A stretch of 64,000 nucleotides of DNA from Bdellovibrionales bacterium (GCA_965200875.1 OZ241456.1:384001-448000), one strand, 5' to 3'. Counted from the first letter of the stretch, positions 40,651-50,547 are shown. Notes: generated by a model not told the origin, from the sequence alone. Program-made: numbers and translations.

Positions 40651-41346
40651 ATGAAAATTCAGGAACGGTCTTTTGCCGGCAAAACTTTTCGGCCAAAACC
40701 CGCATATTACATATCATCCCACAAAAAACTTATAACAGTTATTACTCCTTGGGGACAGGAGGCCACAAACCCTTCAACTCTGTTTGAAATCTTGGAAACT
40801 CAATATAATTTGTTTGCCGAGGATAAAGAAAGTACCCACCCTTTTCCCAAAAAACTAAGCCTCTCATCTGCGGAAAACAATATGAGAACGGCTGTTATAC
40901 AAACCAATGAAAAAATTTTTAACGACATTAATGAAAATGAATACTCTATGGGTTTTGAACTGCTTTTCGCCACTTGTACGGAAAACATATTTACTGTCAT
41001 TCAAATAGGAAAGCCTTTAATGTTGATTGATCGTCCGCACCAATTTCTTCAAAGTATTGGTCAGATTCCAGCACCCTCTCTCTCTTCACCTCTGAAAAAC
41101 AATCAAATTAGTCCACCTTTGCCCTATCAGTTATTGGGAATCCATGAAGATATTTCTTTTTATCCGTTTTTTTTTCGTCTTCATCATCAGGATCGTCTGA
41201 TTCTCTTAAACCGTGACACTATTCCCACGAAATGGTTTACCCTTAAAAGGGAGGAGCGCACTTTAAATGGCTTAAGCCAATTTGCCGCAGAAGAAAATCC
41301 CCATACTCCGTTTTGGGTAGCTATATTGGATCCGTATTCCGAATAA
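40651..41346 (+). CDS. hypothetical protein, degenerate PP2C-fold
   Basis: pattern like SpoIIE/PP2C (IQIG, L.HQDRLILL) without the DG/DN ligands. Confidence 0.55.
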   Translation: MKIQERSFAGKTFRPKPAYYISSHKKLITVITPWGQEATNPSTLFEILETQYNLFAEDKESTHPFPKKLSLSSAENNMRTAVIQTNEKIFNDINENEYSMGFELLFATCTENIFTVIQIGKPLMLIDRPHQFLQSIGQIPAPSLSSPLKNNQISPPLPYQLLGIHEDISFYPFFFRLHHQDRLILLNRDTIPTKWFTLKREERTLNGLSQFAAEENPHTPFWVAILDPYSE

Positions 41347-41348
41347 AC

Positions 41349-42050
41349 TCAGCGGGCTAACACATTTTGCAAACTAGCGCACACCCCAGCCGGATCTGCC
41401 GACTCATAAATGGGACGCCCTATCACTAAAGCATCTGCTCCAGACTCTATCGCCTCTTCCGGCGTAAAGACTCTTTTTTGATCTCCTTTTTCCAATTTTT
41501 TGGATAACCGAATGCCGGGTGTAAGAAGATAAGCTTTAGGGTGTTTTTTGCGAATAAGATCCACTTCATGGCCTGCGCAAACCAAGCCCTTCAATCCGCT
41601 TCTTAAAGCCAAATCAGATAAGCTCTCCACACAGGAAAGCAAAGGTGTAGCCCGCAAAGGAGGAGGGAGGCTATCTTGGGAAAAACTGGTAAGAACAGTT
41701 ACCGCTAAAATTCGAACTTCCTTTTTTTTCCTTAACTGTGCTTCCAATTTCGCAAGCCTCTTTAAGCTTTCCTCTCCCGCCAATGCGTGAACAGTCAACA
41801 TATCCACTCCCATATTGAAAGCCGAGTTGACAGAAAAAAGCATAGTGGAGGGAATATCAAAAAACTTAAAATCCAAAAAAACTTTACAACCATAAAATTT
41901 TAATTTTTCAATAAGAGAGGGGCCACTTTTAAAATACAGTCCGGGGCCTATTTTAAAACCTTCCACATAAGGGGCTGTGGCCTTCGCCACGGAAAGAGCT
42001 TTTGCCTCTTCACCCAGATCCAAAGCGACATACAAGGGAAGTTTTTTCAT
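41349..42050 (-). CDS. pyrF: orotidine-5'-phosphate decarboxylase
   Basis: VALD, FLDFKFFDIPST, VTVLTS, TPGIR, VIGRPI. Confidence 0.96.
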   Translation of the reverse strand: MKKLPLYVALDLGEEAKALSVAKATAPYVEGFKIGPGLYFKSGPSLIEKLKFYGCKVFLDFKFFDIPSTMLFSVNSAFNMGVDMLTVHALAGEESLKRLAKLEAQLRKKKEVRILAVTVLTSFSQDSLPPPLRATPLLSCVESLSDLALRSGLKGLVCAGHEVDLIRKKHPKAYLLTPGIRLSKKLEKGDQKRVFTPEEAIESGADALVIGRPIYESADPAGVCASLQNVLAR

Positions 42051-42122
42051 ATTTTTTAAACTCCACCAGCAGGAAAACGACCAGCTGTTTGAAAGATCGG
42101 TTTACTTAAGCCGTATAAAATT

Positions 42123-43370
42123 TTATTTCAATTTCAATATGTGCTCTAACACATTCCTCTTGGAAATTTTTTCCCGTGTTCCAGTAAGACGTTCTGTTAA
42201 CTCCACCATACCTTTTTTGCCATCTCTTGCACCCACACTGATTCTTAAAGGAAAACCCAGAAGATCTGCATCTTTAAATTTCACACCAGCACTTTCAAAG
42301 CGATCGTCCATAAAAACATCCACTTTTTTTTCCTGAAGAGATTGATATATCCTGCCGGCGACCTCCGTGGTTTTTGGATCTTCAGGATCCAACAAACATA
42401 TATGCACCCTAAAAGGAGCTATTGCTTTAGGCCATATTATACCGTTTTTATCATGGCTTTGTTCCACAACAGCCTGAATGACACGTGTAATACCAATGCC
42501 GTAACAGCCCATCTGCACATTTTGTTTTTTTCCGGTTTGATCTTGATAACAAAGCTCCATTGTTTTGGAATATTTATCTCCCAGATAAAAAATATGCCCG
42601 ACTTCAATCCCCCGTGACGCTTTTAGAATTTGCCCGTCTGATCCTTTATCCCCCTCTTTGACCTTCGGAAACATTTCTCTATTAAATGCGAGAGAATCTG
42701 TGAAAAGCAATTCATCTTCGCCATGATCAGCCAGAATATGAAACTCCTCTGATTGATCTCCTCCGATTTCACCACTGTCCGCTTTTACTATGCGAAAAGG
42801 TACATTCAACTTGGAAAAAATATTGGTATAAATCCCTCGCATTTTCGAGTAACTTTCTTTTGCCCGGGCTGTATCGCCATCAAAACTGTAAGCGTCTTTC
42901 ATAATAAACTCTCTTGCTCGCATAAGGCCAAAACGGGGACGAATTTCATCGCGAAATTTAGTCTGAATCTGATAAAGACAAAACGGTAGGTCTCTGTAAC
43001 TTTTGATATTATTTTTCACATAGTCTGAAATGACTTCTTCGTGAGTGGGACCCAGACAAAACTCCTGACCTTGGCGGTTTTTCATTCTTTGTAAAATGTC
43101 GCCGTATAAACTCCAACGCCCACTTTGGATCCAAATTTCCTTTGGCTGTACCATAGGCATAAGAATTTCTACACAGTTTTTTTTATTTAACTCTTCCCTG
43201 ACGATATTTTCAAACTTTTGAATGGCACGAACTAAGAAAGGCCCGTAAGTGAAAAGGCCGGCGGAAAGTTTTTTTATAAACCCTCCTCGAACCAGTAAAG
43301 TATGACCCGGCAAATTTGTGTCAGCAGGTACTGACCTTAAAGTTTTAATCCCTGTTTCAGACCATTTCAT
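42123..43370 (-). CDS. proS: proline--tRNA ligase (short, no editing domain)
   Basis: LGPTHEE, FRDEIRPRFGLMRAREF, GIEVGHIF, GCYGIG, KFKDADLLG. Confidence 0.96.
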   Translation of the reverse strand: MKWSETGIKTLRSVPADTNLPGHTLLVRGGFIKKLSAGLFTYGPFLVRAIQKFENIVREELNKKNCVEILMPMVQPKEIWIQSGRWSLYGDILQRMKNRQGQEFCLGPTHEEVISDYVKNNIKSYRDLPFCLYQIQTKFRDEIRPRFGLMRAREFIMKDAYSFDGDTARAKESYSKMRGIYTNIFSKLNVPFRIVKADSGEIGGDQSEEFHILADHGEDELLFTDSLAFNREMFPKVKEGDKGSDGQILKASRGIEVGHIFYLGDKYSKTMELCYQDQTGKKQNVQMGCYGIGITRVIQAVVEQSHDKNGIIWPKAIAPFRVHICLLDPEDPKTTEVAGRIYQSLQEKKVDVFMDDRFESAGVKFKDADLLGFPLRISVGARDGKKGMVELTERLTGTREKISKRNVLEHILKLK

Positions 43371-43803
43371 TGTCCATATAAGAAAGCATTTTCAGAGCGG
43401 TTTGTACAGAAGAACGAGCAATATGTCCTTTTTTTCCACCGGTGCGCGCCAAAGCCTCAGCTTTGGTATCTGTCATTAGGACTCCAAAAATCAAAGGGCG
43501 GTTCATTTTTAACTGAACATTCATACAACCTTGCTCCACTAGTCGGCAACAGGCGGAATAATGAGAGGTTTCCCCTCGAATAACTGCTCCTAAGGCAATC
43601 ACGACTTGAAAGTTTTTTTGAAACAACCACTGAGCCATTAAAGGAATTTCCACCACTCCCGGTACTTCCACTATCTTAAAATTTTTTATACCGGCTTTTT
43701 TCAGCTCCTCTAAAGCTCCTTTTTTCATCTGTTCGGCAATATCTCTGTTAAACACTGATAAAACCAAACCTGTTTTTTTATGGGAAAAAGAATTTTTTTT
43801 CAC
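43357..43803 (-). CDS. ribH: 6,7-dimethyl-8-ribityllumazine synthase
   Basis: VPGVVEIP, LGAVIRGETSH, FGVL. Confidence 0.93.
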   Translation of the reverse strand: MKKNSFSHKKTGLVLSVFNRDIAEQMKKGALEELKKAGIKNFKIVEVPGVVEIPLMAQWLFQKNFQVVIALGAVIRGETSHYSACCRLVEQGCMNVQLKMNRPLIFGVLMTDTKAEALARTGGKKGHIARSSVQTALKMLSYMDNEMV

Positions 43804-44055
43804 ACCAAAACCTCAGAGAAAATAAATAATCCACTATGAAACCAATATATACATATATAAAATTCCAAGTTATATCAAGATTTTTAGGCATATGTTCATA
43901 CAGTATTTGTTTTTCAGAAATATAATCAAATATCTTCTTGCAAATTAAAAAAAAACTTATAAATAATTCAGGTAAGTTTAATCACTGAATCATCAGATCT
44001 GGATCGACCTTGAAAAATGGACAGTTCAAGATTGGTTCAACAATAGAGGTAAAAA

Positions 44056-44619
44056 ATGAGAAAATTTGTATTGGGGTCAGCCTTGTTGGCTTTCGCACTC
44101 AGCTATGCTCCTTTTGCTTTGTCAGAGGAACTGGAAACTCTGGCCACACCCTCCACAAAAGATACAATAGCCACAACAGAAAAAAGTATGGACAAAAATG
44201 CTTACACAAAAAACATCCACAATAGCACATATTTTGGAAGTGGCATTGTTTCAATGGTCTTTGGATTTGGAACAGGTCATGCTATCCAAGGAAGATGGAA
44301 TGACACTGGTTGGATTTTCACTGTTAGCAATGTGCTCTTATTTGGAGGAATGTTCACTTTATTAATGTCATCGTTGACATCATCGTTTCATGTAAAACTA
44401 TTCAGTCCCAATCTAGCGTATAAGGCTATGGCATTATATACGCTTGCTTCAGTCTACTTTGCTTTCAGGTTATGGGAAATTATAGATGTATGGAGTCTTC
44501 CTTCCCATTACTACAAAATAGTCAAAACGCCAAAGTTACAAATCAGTCCCGTATACACAGCAAACTACCGGGACATAAGCACCTCAGGACTGGGACTTTC
44601 CCTAAAATACAATTTCTAA
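44056..44619 (+). CDS. secreted/membrane hypothetical protein (P13-like GFG.G..QG motif)
   Basis: signal peptide, FGFGTGHAIQG, hydrophobic helices, C-terminal GLSLKYNF. Confidence 0.7.
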   Translation: MRKFVLGSALLAFALSYAPFALSEELETLATPSTKDTIATTEKSMDKNAYTKNIHNSTYFGSGIVSMVFGFGTGHAIQGRWNDTGWIFTVSNVLLFGGMFTLLMSSLTSSFHVKLFSPNLAYKAMALYTLASVYFAFRLWEIIDVWSLPSHYYKIVKTPKLQISPVYTANYRDISTSGLGLSLKYNF

Positions 44620-44713
44620 AAATATATTAAAGGTGCTTTTGTACTTTCCTGCTCAGAAGGTGTTTTTTCAGCGGAGGGTTTTTCCAACACTGAGGCCAAG
44701 TGAGGTAGGCTTT

Positions 44714-45853
44714 TTATATAATTTGATTTTTCCAAAGCTTACTTAAAAATACCTTCCAAGGAAGAATATGAATGTTGTCATTGGTAAGCCTTTTCTCTTT
44801 ATCCAGAGAAACAACAATATATTTTTTTATCAACCCTTCCTCTTTCAAGGCACGCAATCCTTTAAGATGTCGATCATGCACCATAGCAGATGCTTTCACT
44901 TCAATAGCAACAGAAGGGGCGATAATGATATCCACTTCAGCTTGAGAAACAGATCGCCAATAAGCCATTTGCAATCGTTTTCTGAAATAGCTTAAAAAAG
45001 CGCGAATTTCCAATGCTATAAAATGCTCAAAAGCTTTTCCAAACAGTTCACTGTTTTTTTTTATTTCCCCTCGGTGACAAATTGTATTAGTAACACCTAT
45101 ATCAAATAAATAATACTTTGAACGCGTAATGGCTTTTCTCTTTTTTGTTTTTGTAAAAGCTGGCAGGTAAAACCCCAAAAGCGTGTCGTTTAATATTTCC
45201 ATGTAACTTTTTAAAGTGCCAGGAGAAACCTGCAAATCTCTGGAAAACCCCTCGTAATTTACTTCCTGTCCATTAGATAAAGCTATAGCATCCAAAAACT
45301 CTGCAAAAGCAGGTACATTCCTTGTAACAGATTCATGTTGAATTTCCTCCCTTAAATACAAGTTAACATAATTATTCAGCTCCTCTTGATAGTCCGGGTT
45401 GTCGTATACTGAAGGCATACCCCCTCGATTCAGATATTGAATTAAATTAAATTCAGGAAGCTCAAACCATGTTAAAGGGAAAAGTTCTGCCCGCCACGCT
45501 CGCCCGGCTAGTAGATTAACACTTCTTTTCTTAAGTTTACGAGAGCTACTCCCTGTCAATAAAAATAGCTGATCGGTTTTTTGAATAAGCCGATGAACTT
45601 CATCTAGGAGAGAGGGTTGTTTTTGTATTTCATCAATAATAATAATGTTATGTTTTTTTCTTTTGTTCTCCTCTTCCAAAAGCCGGGGGTTTTTAAGCAG
45701 TTTGATATGTGTTTCAGAATCCAGCAGGTCATATACTTTAGCCTGAGGAAGAGTATGGGTTATTAAAGTGGTTTTCCCGGTCTGTCTTGGGCCAAACAGG
45801 AAAAAAGATTTTTTTTGCAACAGATTTGAAAGATTTAAAGTTCTTTTATACAT
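44714..45853 (-). CDS. AAA_14 ATPase with DUF4143 domain
   Basis: GPRQTGKT, IDEIQK, LTGSS, LAGRA, KYYLFDIG, EVD...AIEVK. Confidence 0.9.
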   Translation of the reverse strand: MYKRTLNLSNLLQKKSFFLFGPRQTGKTTLITHTLPQAKVYDLLDSETHIKLLKNPRLLEEENKRKKHNIIIIDEIQKQPSLLDEVHRLIQKTDQLFLLTGSSSRKLKKRSVNLLAGRAWRAELFPLTWFELPEFNLIQYLNRGGMPSVYDNPDYQEELNNYVNLYLREEIQHESVTRNVPAFAEFLDAIALSNGQEVNYEGFSRDLQVSPGTLKSYMEILNDTLLGFYLPAFTKTKKRKAITRSKYYLFDIGVTNTICHRGEIKKNSELFGKAFEHFIALEIRAFLSYFRKRLQMAYWRSVSQAEVDIIIAPSVAIEVKASAMVHDRHLKGLRALKEEGLIKKYIVVSLDKEKRLTNDNIHILPWKVFLSKLWKNQII

Positions 45854-45876
45854 ATACTTTGCCAAAAGTTTCTGGT

Positions 45877-45938
45877 TTATTTTCCACAACTATATTGTGG
45901 ATTATTATTATTTTCCACAACTATATTGTGGATTATTA
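45877..45938. repeat. 31-bp tandem duplication with palindromic core
   Basis: TTATTTTCCACAACTATATTGTGGATTATTA x2; core TCCACAA-N5-TTGTGGA. Confidence 0.9.
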
Positions 45939-46135
45939 TAGTATAAAAGTCAAATTTTTAGAAGTTTTATAGAGTGATAAGAATAACCAGTCGCACCGGA
46001 AAATCTTTTAAAATACTGTTATTACTGGATTTTTTTATAGAAGGTGTGGAAAATAATTGCAAGCCATTATCATAAAAATCCTTTTTGTTCCTGTAACATT
46101 TGTCAGTGAAAAAGCTTTTACCAAGTATTCACTTA

Positions 46136-47266
46136 TTACACATTTACAGGCAAAGTCTCCACTATTTCTAGGCCATAGCCTTTAAGTCCCACTCTTTTTT
46201 TAGAAGAGTTGGTGAGAAGGCGGAGCTTTGTCACTCCCAAGGCTCGTAAAATCTGCGCTCCCACGCCATAGTCTTTTTCATCTGCCATTAAAGGAAGAAA
46301 TGAAGCATTTTCTTTTTTTTTATAAAAATCCAAGTGGGACCTTACCTGATTCATCAACCGGCCTGTAACACTTTCCAAACACAAATAAAGAAGGACACCC
46401 CTTCCCTCCTGATGAATTTTCTCCAAAGAAAAACGAAGATACTTTCCGCTTTTTGTAACTTGTCCACCAAATAGATCTCCCGTCACACAAGAAGAATGTA
46501 CACGGGTCAAGACTGGCTTCCCATCTCTGATATTCCCTTTTGAAAAAACCAAATGTTCCCGATTGTTGAGCTTATCTTGAAATACCCGCACGGTAAATCC
46601 CTCGTAAATGTCTGATCGAAAAGGAGCTGAAATTTTTTCCTCCACAAAGCTTTCGTGTGTTACACGATAATGGATCAAATCTTCAATCGCCCCCATTTTA
46701 ATTTTGTATTTTTCAGAAAACTTTTTTAAATCCGGTACCCGGGCCATAGAACCATCTTCATTTATAATTTCACAAATCACGGCTGAGGGGCTAAGCTCTG
46801 CCAGACGACAAAAATCCACACTGGCTTCTGTATGCCCGGCTCTTTTCAAGACTCCTCCTTTATGAGAGCGAATCGGAAAAACATGACCAGGAGTGATAAT
46901 ATCAGACTTAGAAGAAGAGGAATCAGCCACTACTTTTATGGTTCGTGCGCGATCCTCTGCTGAAATTCCTGTTGAAACCCCTTGAGCCGCCTCTACACTC
47001 ACTGTAAAAGCTGTTTTATTGGGGGATAAGTTTTTTTCGTGATCCACCATCAGGGAAAGCCCCAGATGCTCCACCTGTTTATAGGTCAAAGCTACACAAA
47101 TAAGCCCTCTGGCCTTAAGGGACATAAAGTTAATAGCCGAAGGGGTCACAAAATCTGTGGACAAAACCAGATCTCCTTCGTTTTCCCGGTTTTCATCATC
47201 CACGATAATGATCATTCGGCCTGATTTCAGTTCTTCGATCAACTCCGGTACTGTATTAAAAATCAT
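46136..47266 (-). CDS. ribB: DHBP synthase fused to a degenerate GTP cyclohydrolase II domain (RibBA/RibBX)
   Basis: DDENRENEGD, GVSTGISA.DR, PGHVFP, RAGHTEA; C-domain RVHS.C without CDC. Confidence 0.9.
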   Translation of the reverse strand: MIFNTVPELIEELKSGRMIIIVDDENRENEGDLVLSTDFVTPSAINFMSLKARGLICVALTYKQVEHLGLSLMVDHEKNLSPNKTAFTVSVEAAQGVSTGISAEDRARTIKVVADSSSSKSDIITPGHVFPIRSHKGGVLKRAGHTEASVDFCRLAELSPSAVICEIINEDGSMARVPDLKKFSEKYKIKMGAIEDLIHYRVTHESFVEEKISAPFRSDIYEGFTVRVFQDKLNNREHLVFSKGNIRDGKPVLTRVHSSCVTGDLFGGQVTKSGKYLRFSLEKIHQEGRGVLLYLCLESVTGRLMNQVRSHLDFYKKKENASFLPLMADEKDYGVGAQILRALGVTKLRLLTNSSKKRVGLKGYGLEIVETLPVNV

Positions 47267-47339
47267 ATATCTCCCCTTTTGTTGTTACATTTTAAAAAGT
47301 TCATACTGAATAAATAGGTCTTACTCACTAATTTCACAT

Positions 47340-47960
47340 TCAACTACATACAGCTGATAAGTCAAAATTTTTTAACCTAGCGAGTAGTACACGGGTCAGG
47401 TAGTCTATTTCAAATGTCAAAAAATTCCCAAGTGCTTGATCGGCCAAGTTAGTGCGTTTTAAGGTTTCAGGAACAAGGCAAAAAAACAGCCGATTTTCTT
47501 TCACTTCATTCACTGTCAAGCTGACTCCGTTTAGAGAAATAAAGGCTTTTTTCCAAAAGTAATTCTTAAAATTAACCGGAATTTTTGTTTCCATCAACAA
47601 GCATTCTCCTTGAGTTTTACGGCTTGTCACTGTTGCCATTCCATCCACATGGCCACTTACAAAATGTCCACCCACGAAATCCTGAACTCTTAAAGCCGGT
47701 TCCAGATTAACTGTTTTATTTTCCAGTTTTTGTGTGTTCCATTTTGTAATTTTTAAGGTTTCGTGACCTATATGAAAACCCATTTTTTCAGAGGAAATTT
47801 TGTCCAAAGTAAGACACACTCCATCCACTGCTACACTGTCTCCTGTTTTTAAAGCAGAAAAAGACGGGTCATCCGGTTTTTTTATTTGTATCTTTATGGA
47901 AGAAGCCTTATCTGTAACCTTTGTGATGGAACAAACGCTTTTTACTATACCTGTAAACAA
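47340..47960 (-). CDS. ribE: riboflavin synthase alpha chain
   Basis: MFTGI, GDSVAVDGVCLT, GGHFVSGHVDG, NGVSLTV. Confidence 0.95.
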   Translation of the reverse strand: MFTGIVKSVCSITKVTDKASSIKIQIKKPDDPSFSALKTGDSVAVDGVCLTLDKISSEKMGFHIGHETLKITKWNTQKLENKTVNLEPALRVQDFVGGHFVSGHVDGMATVTSRKTQGECLLMETKIPVNFKNYFWKKAFISLNGVSLTVNEVKENRLFFCLVPETLKRTNLADQALGNFLTFEIDYLTRVLLARLKNFDLSAVCS

Positions 47961-48025
47961 AATTTTCTCCTTTATTTTAACAGATTCCCACTGGTTCGGG
48001 CAAAATTGTATGTGTGTTCAATCGG

Positions 48026-50188
48026 TTACTGTTTTAGAATTTCTAGGCTTAAGTCATTGGCGGTTACTTGTATGGCTTTTCCCTCTTTCAGATCTTTGGA
48101 GATAATCCGGTTGGCCACAGGATCCAACAGTTCCCTTTGTATAACCCGCTTTAATGGACGAGCACCATAGTCTGGGTTAAAACCTCTTTGAGCCAGATAA
48201 TCAATCGCTTTTTTATCCCATTTTAAAGAGATATTTTTTTCTTTTAATCTTTTTTTTACATTGTGCATTTGTATACCCACAATCTCCGCAATATGTTCTT
48301 GAGATAAAGAGTTAAATTGTATAATTTCATCAATACGATTCAAAAATTCCGGTCGAAAATACTTTTGTAGCTCCTTAAGCAATGCCGATTGAGCAAAAGC
48401 AGAACCATTTTTATCAGAATGATGCTTTAGCCTGTTTTTGCCCCCGGAAAATCCATTATCACTGGATTCCAAAGGTAAAATATTGGAAGTCATAATCAAA
48501 ACTGTGTTTTTAAAATTCACTTTCCGACCTTGAGAATCTGTTAAATGACCATCATCCAACACCTGAAGTAAAACATGAAACACTTCTGGGTGGGCTTTTT
48601 CCATTTCATCGAACAACACGACCGAATAGGGTTGTCTGCGGACAGCCTCCGTGAGTTGCCCTCCCTCATTATGTCCAATATACCCAGGAGGTGCTCCGAT
48701 AAGCCGGGACACTTGATGCTTTTCTCCATACTCACTCATATCAATACGAATCATGGCCTCTCTGGAATCAAATAAAAAGTCGGATAAAGCTCGAGCGGTT
48801 TCTGTCTTCCCTACTCCTGTAGGCCCTAAAAAAATAAAACTTCCTATAGGGCGCAAGGGATCAGAGATGCCAGCTCGTGCTCTGCGCACAGCAGACGATA
48901 TTAGTGCTATGGCTTGATCCTGGCCCACTACCTGAGCGCGTAGCTTTTCCTCCATATTCAGCAGTTTATGCGACTCTGATTCCAACATTTTACTTACAGG
49001 AATACCTGTCCAGCGGGAAACAGCTCCAGCCACTTCTTCCGGTCCTACTTCTTCATTCAAAAGGTTTTCCGATGAATTTGACTTTATGTATTGGCTTTTT
49101 TGTTTTAACTCTTTTTCCAATGCAGGCAATCGGCCATATTTAAGCTCCGCTACTTTATCCAATTTAGCTTCTCTTTCCGCTTTTTCTATAGCCATGCGGG
49201 TTTTTTCGATTTCCTTCTTAACTTTCTTCAGAGATAAGATTTTTTGTTTTTCTGCATCCCAACGGGTTTTCAAGTTCGAATATTTTTTATCCAGTTGTTT
49301 TAGCTCTTTTTCCAAAACATTTAATCGGTCCTGCTCTCCTTTTTCCTTTTTCAGAGCTTTTTGCTCTACTCGCAAATGGGTGATTTTTCGTTGAAGTTCG
49401 TCAATTTCTGCCGGAACACTGTTTATTTCAATATTAAGCCGGCTGGCTGATTCATCAATCAGATCGATGGCCTTATCCGGTAAAAAACGATTACTGATAT
49501 ATCTGTGAGAGAGCTTTACGGCAGATACCAGAGCTGAATCCTTGATCCGCACCCCGTGGTAAACTTCATATTTTTCCTTCAGGCCCCTTAAAATGGTAAT
49601 GGCAGATGCTATATCCGGTTCCTTCACCAAAACCACCTGAAAGCGTCTTTCAAGGGCTTTATCTTTTTCGATAAAATTTCTGTACTCCTCTAAAGTGGTG
49701 GCACCAATGGCTCTAAGCTCCCCCCTAGCCAAAGCAGGCTTTAGGATTTGCCCTGCGTCCATTGCCCCCTCTGTTTTACCAGCTCCCACCAGATTATGAA
49801 GCTCATCAATAAACAGGATAATTTGCCCAGAACTTTGCGAGACTTCCTTAATAATAGCTTTTAAGCGGGCTTCAAAAGCTCCTCGAAAATGACTTCCCGC
49901 CACCATACTGGCCAGATCCAGGGTCACCAGTTTTTTGTTCCAAAGCACCTGTGGCACATCCCGTTTAATAATCCTAAGAGCCAAACCTTCAACAATAGCG
50001 GTTTTTCCCACTCCTGGTTCTCCAATAAGAACAGGGTTGTTCTTTGTTCTTCTAGCCAGAACTTCAACCACGCGACGAATTTCTGTGTCTCTTCCTATGA
50101 CAGGGTCCAGCTGGCCATCTTCAGCCAAAGCCGTCAGATCTCGGCCAAATTGAAATAAAAATCCTTCTTTTTTACTGTTTTTTTCCAT
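48026..50188 (-). CDS. clpB: ClpB disaggregase lacking the N-terminal domain
   Basis: two AAA+ modules ([16 protein letters not shown]), middle coiled coil with AELKYG, GARPL. Confidence 0.93.
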   Translation of the reverse strand: MEKNSKKEGFLFQFGRDLTALAEDGQLDPVIGRDTEIRRVVEVLARRTKNNPVLIGEPGVGKTAIVEGLALRIIKRDVPQVLWNKKLVTLDLASMVAGSHFRGAFEARLKAIIKEVSQSSGQIILFIDELHNLVGAGKTEGAMDAGQILKPALARGELRAIGATTLEEYRNFIEKDKALERRFQVVLVKEPDIASAITILRGLKEKYEVYHGVRIKDSALVSAVKLSHRYISNRFLPDKAIDLIDESASRLNIEINSVPAEIDELQRKITHLRVEQKALKKEKGEQDRLNVLEKELKQLDKKYSNLKTRWDAEKQKILSLKKVKKEIEKTRMAIEKAEREAKLDKVAELKYGRLPALEKELKQKSQYIKSNSSENLLNEEVGPEEVAGAVSRWTGIPVSKMLESESHKLLNMEEKLRAQVVGQDQAIALISSAVRRARAGISDPLRPIGSFIFLGPTGVGKTETARALSDFLFDSREAMIRIDMSEYGEKHQVSRLIGAPPGYIGHNEGGQLTEAVRRQPYSVVLFDEMEKAHPEVFHVLLQVLDDGHLTDSQGRKVNFKNTVLIMTSNILPLESSDNGFSGGKNRLKHHSDKNGSAFAQSALLKELQKYFRPEFLNRIDEIIQFNSLSQEHIAEIVGIQMHNVKKRLKEKNISLKWDKKAIDYLAQRGFNPDYGARPLKRVIQRELLDPVANRIISKDLKEGKAIQVTANDLSLEILKQ

Positions 50189-50341
50189 ATTTTATAACTG
50201 CCTCTTTTTATGTTTCCGCTTGGTAAATCCTCAAAAATACAACAAAAATCAAAATTTTTTACACGAATGACACAATTTAAAAATGGGGTTAAAATACATT
50301 TTGTCAATCAACTTGGTGGAATTAAGCTTTTTTTCAGGAGA

Positions 50342-50449
50342 TGTGGCACTTTGTAAAAAAATCCATTTCTCCATTGACAAAATACTGGAATCCGTTACTG
50401 GTAAAGATCTTTGTGGCACTTTGTAAAAAAATCCATTTCTCCATTGACA
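50342..50449. repeat. 38-bp exact direct repeat x2 with 32-bp unique spacer
   Basis: TGTGGCACTTTGTAAAAAAATCCATTTCTCCATTGACA at 50342 and 50412. Confidence 0.92.
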
Positions 50450-50547
50450 GCAATCCAAAGATTCCACAAAAATAAAAAAGATCAGAAAGTTACAATTAAC
50501 AGGATAACCTAACAAATTTAAAAAAAAACATTTTCAGGAGTATAACT

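Noticed and set aside
45877..46056. Replication origin
   Set aside because: Only imperfect DnaA-like boxes and no dnaA/dnaN/gidA context
47961..48025. FMN riboswitch before the rib genes
   Set aside because: The gap is only 65 bp and has no RFN motifs
50342..50449. Formal CRISPR array or CIRCE/sigma54 site call
   Set aside because: Only two repeats and no cas genes; TGGCACT lacks both the second CIRCE arm and the -12 TTGC. Kept only as a repeat finding
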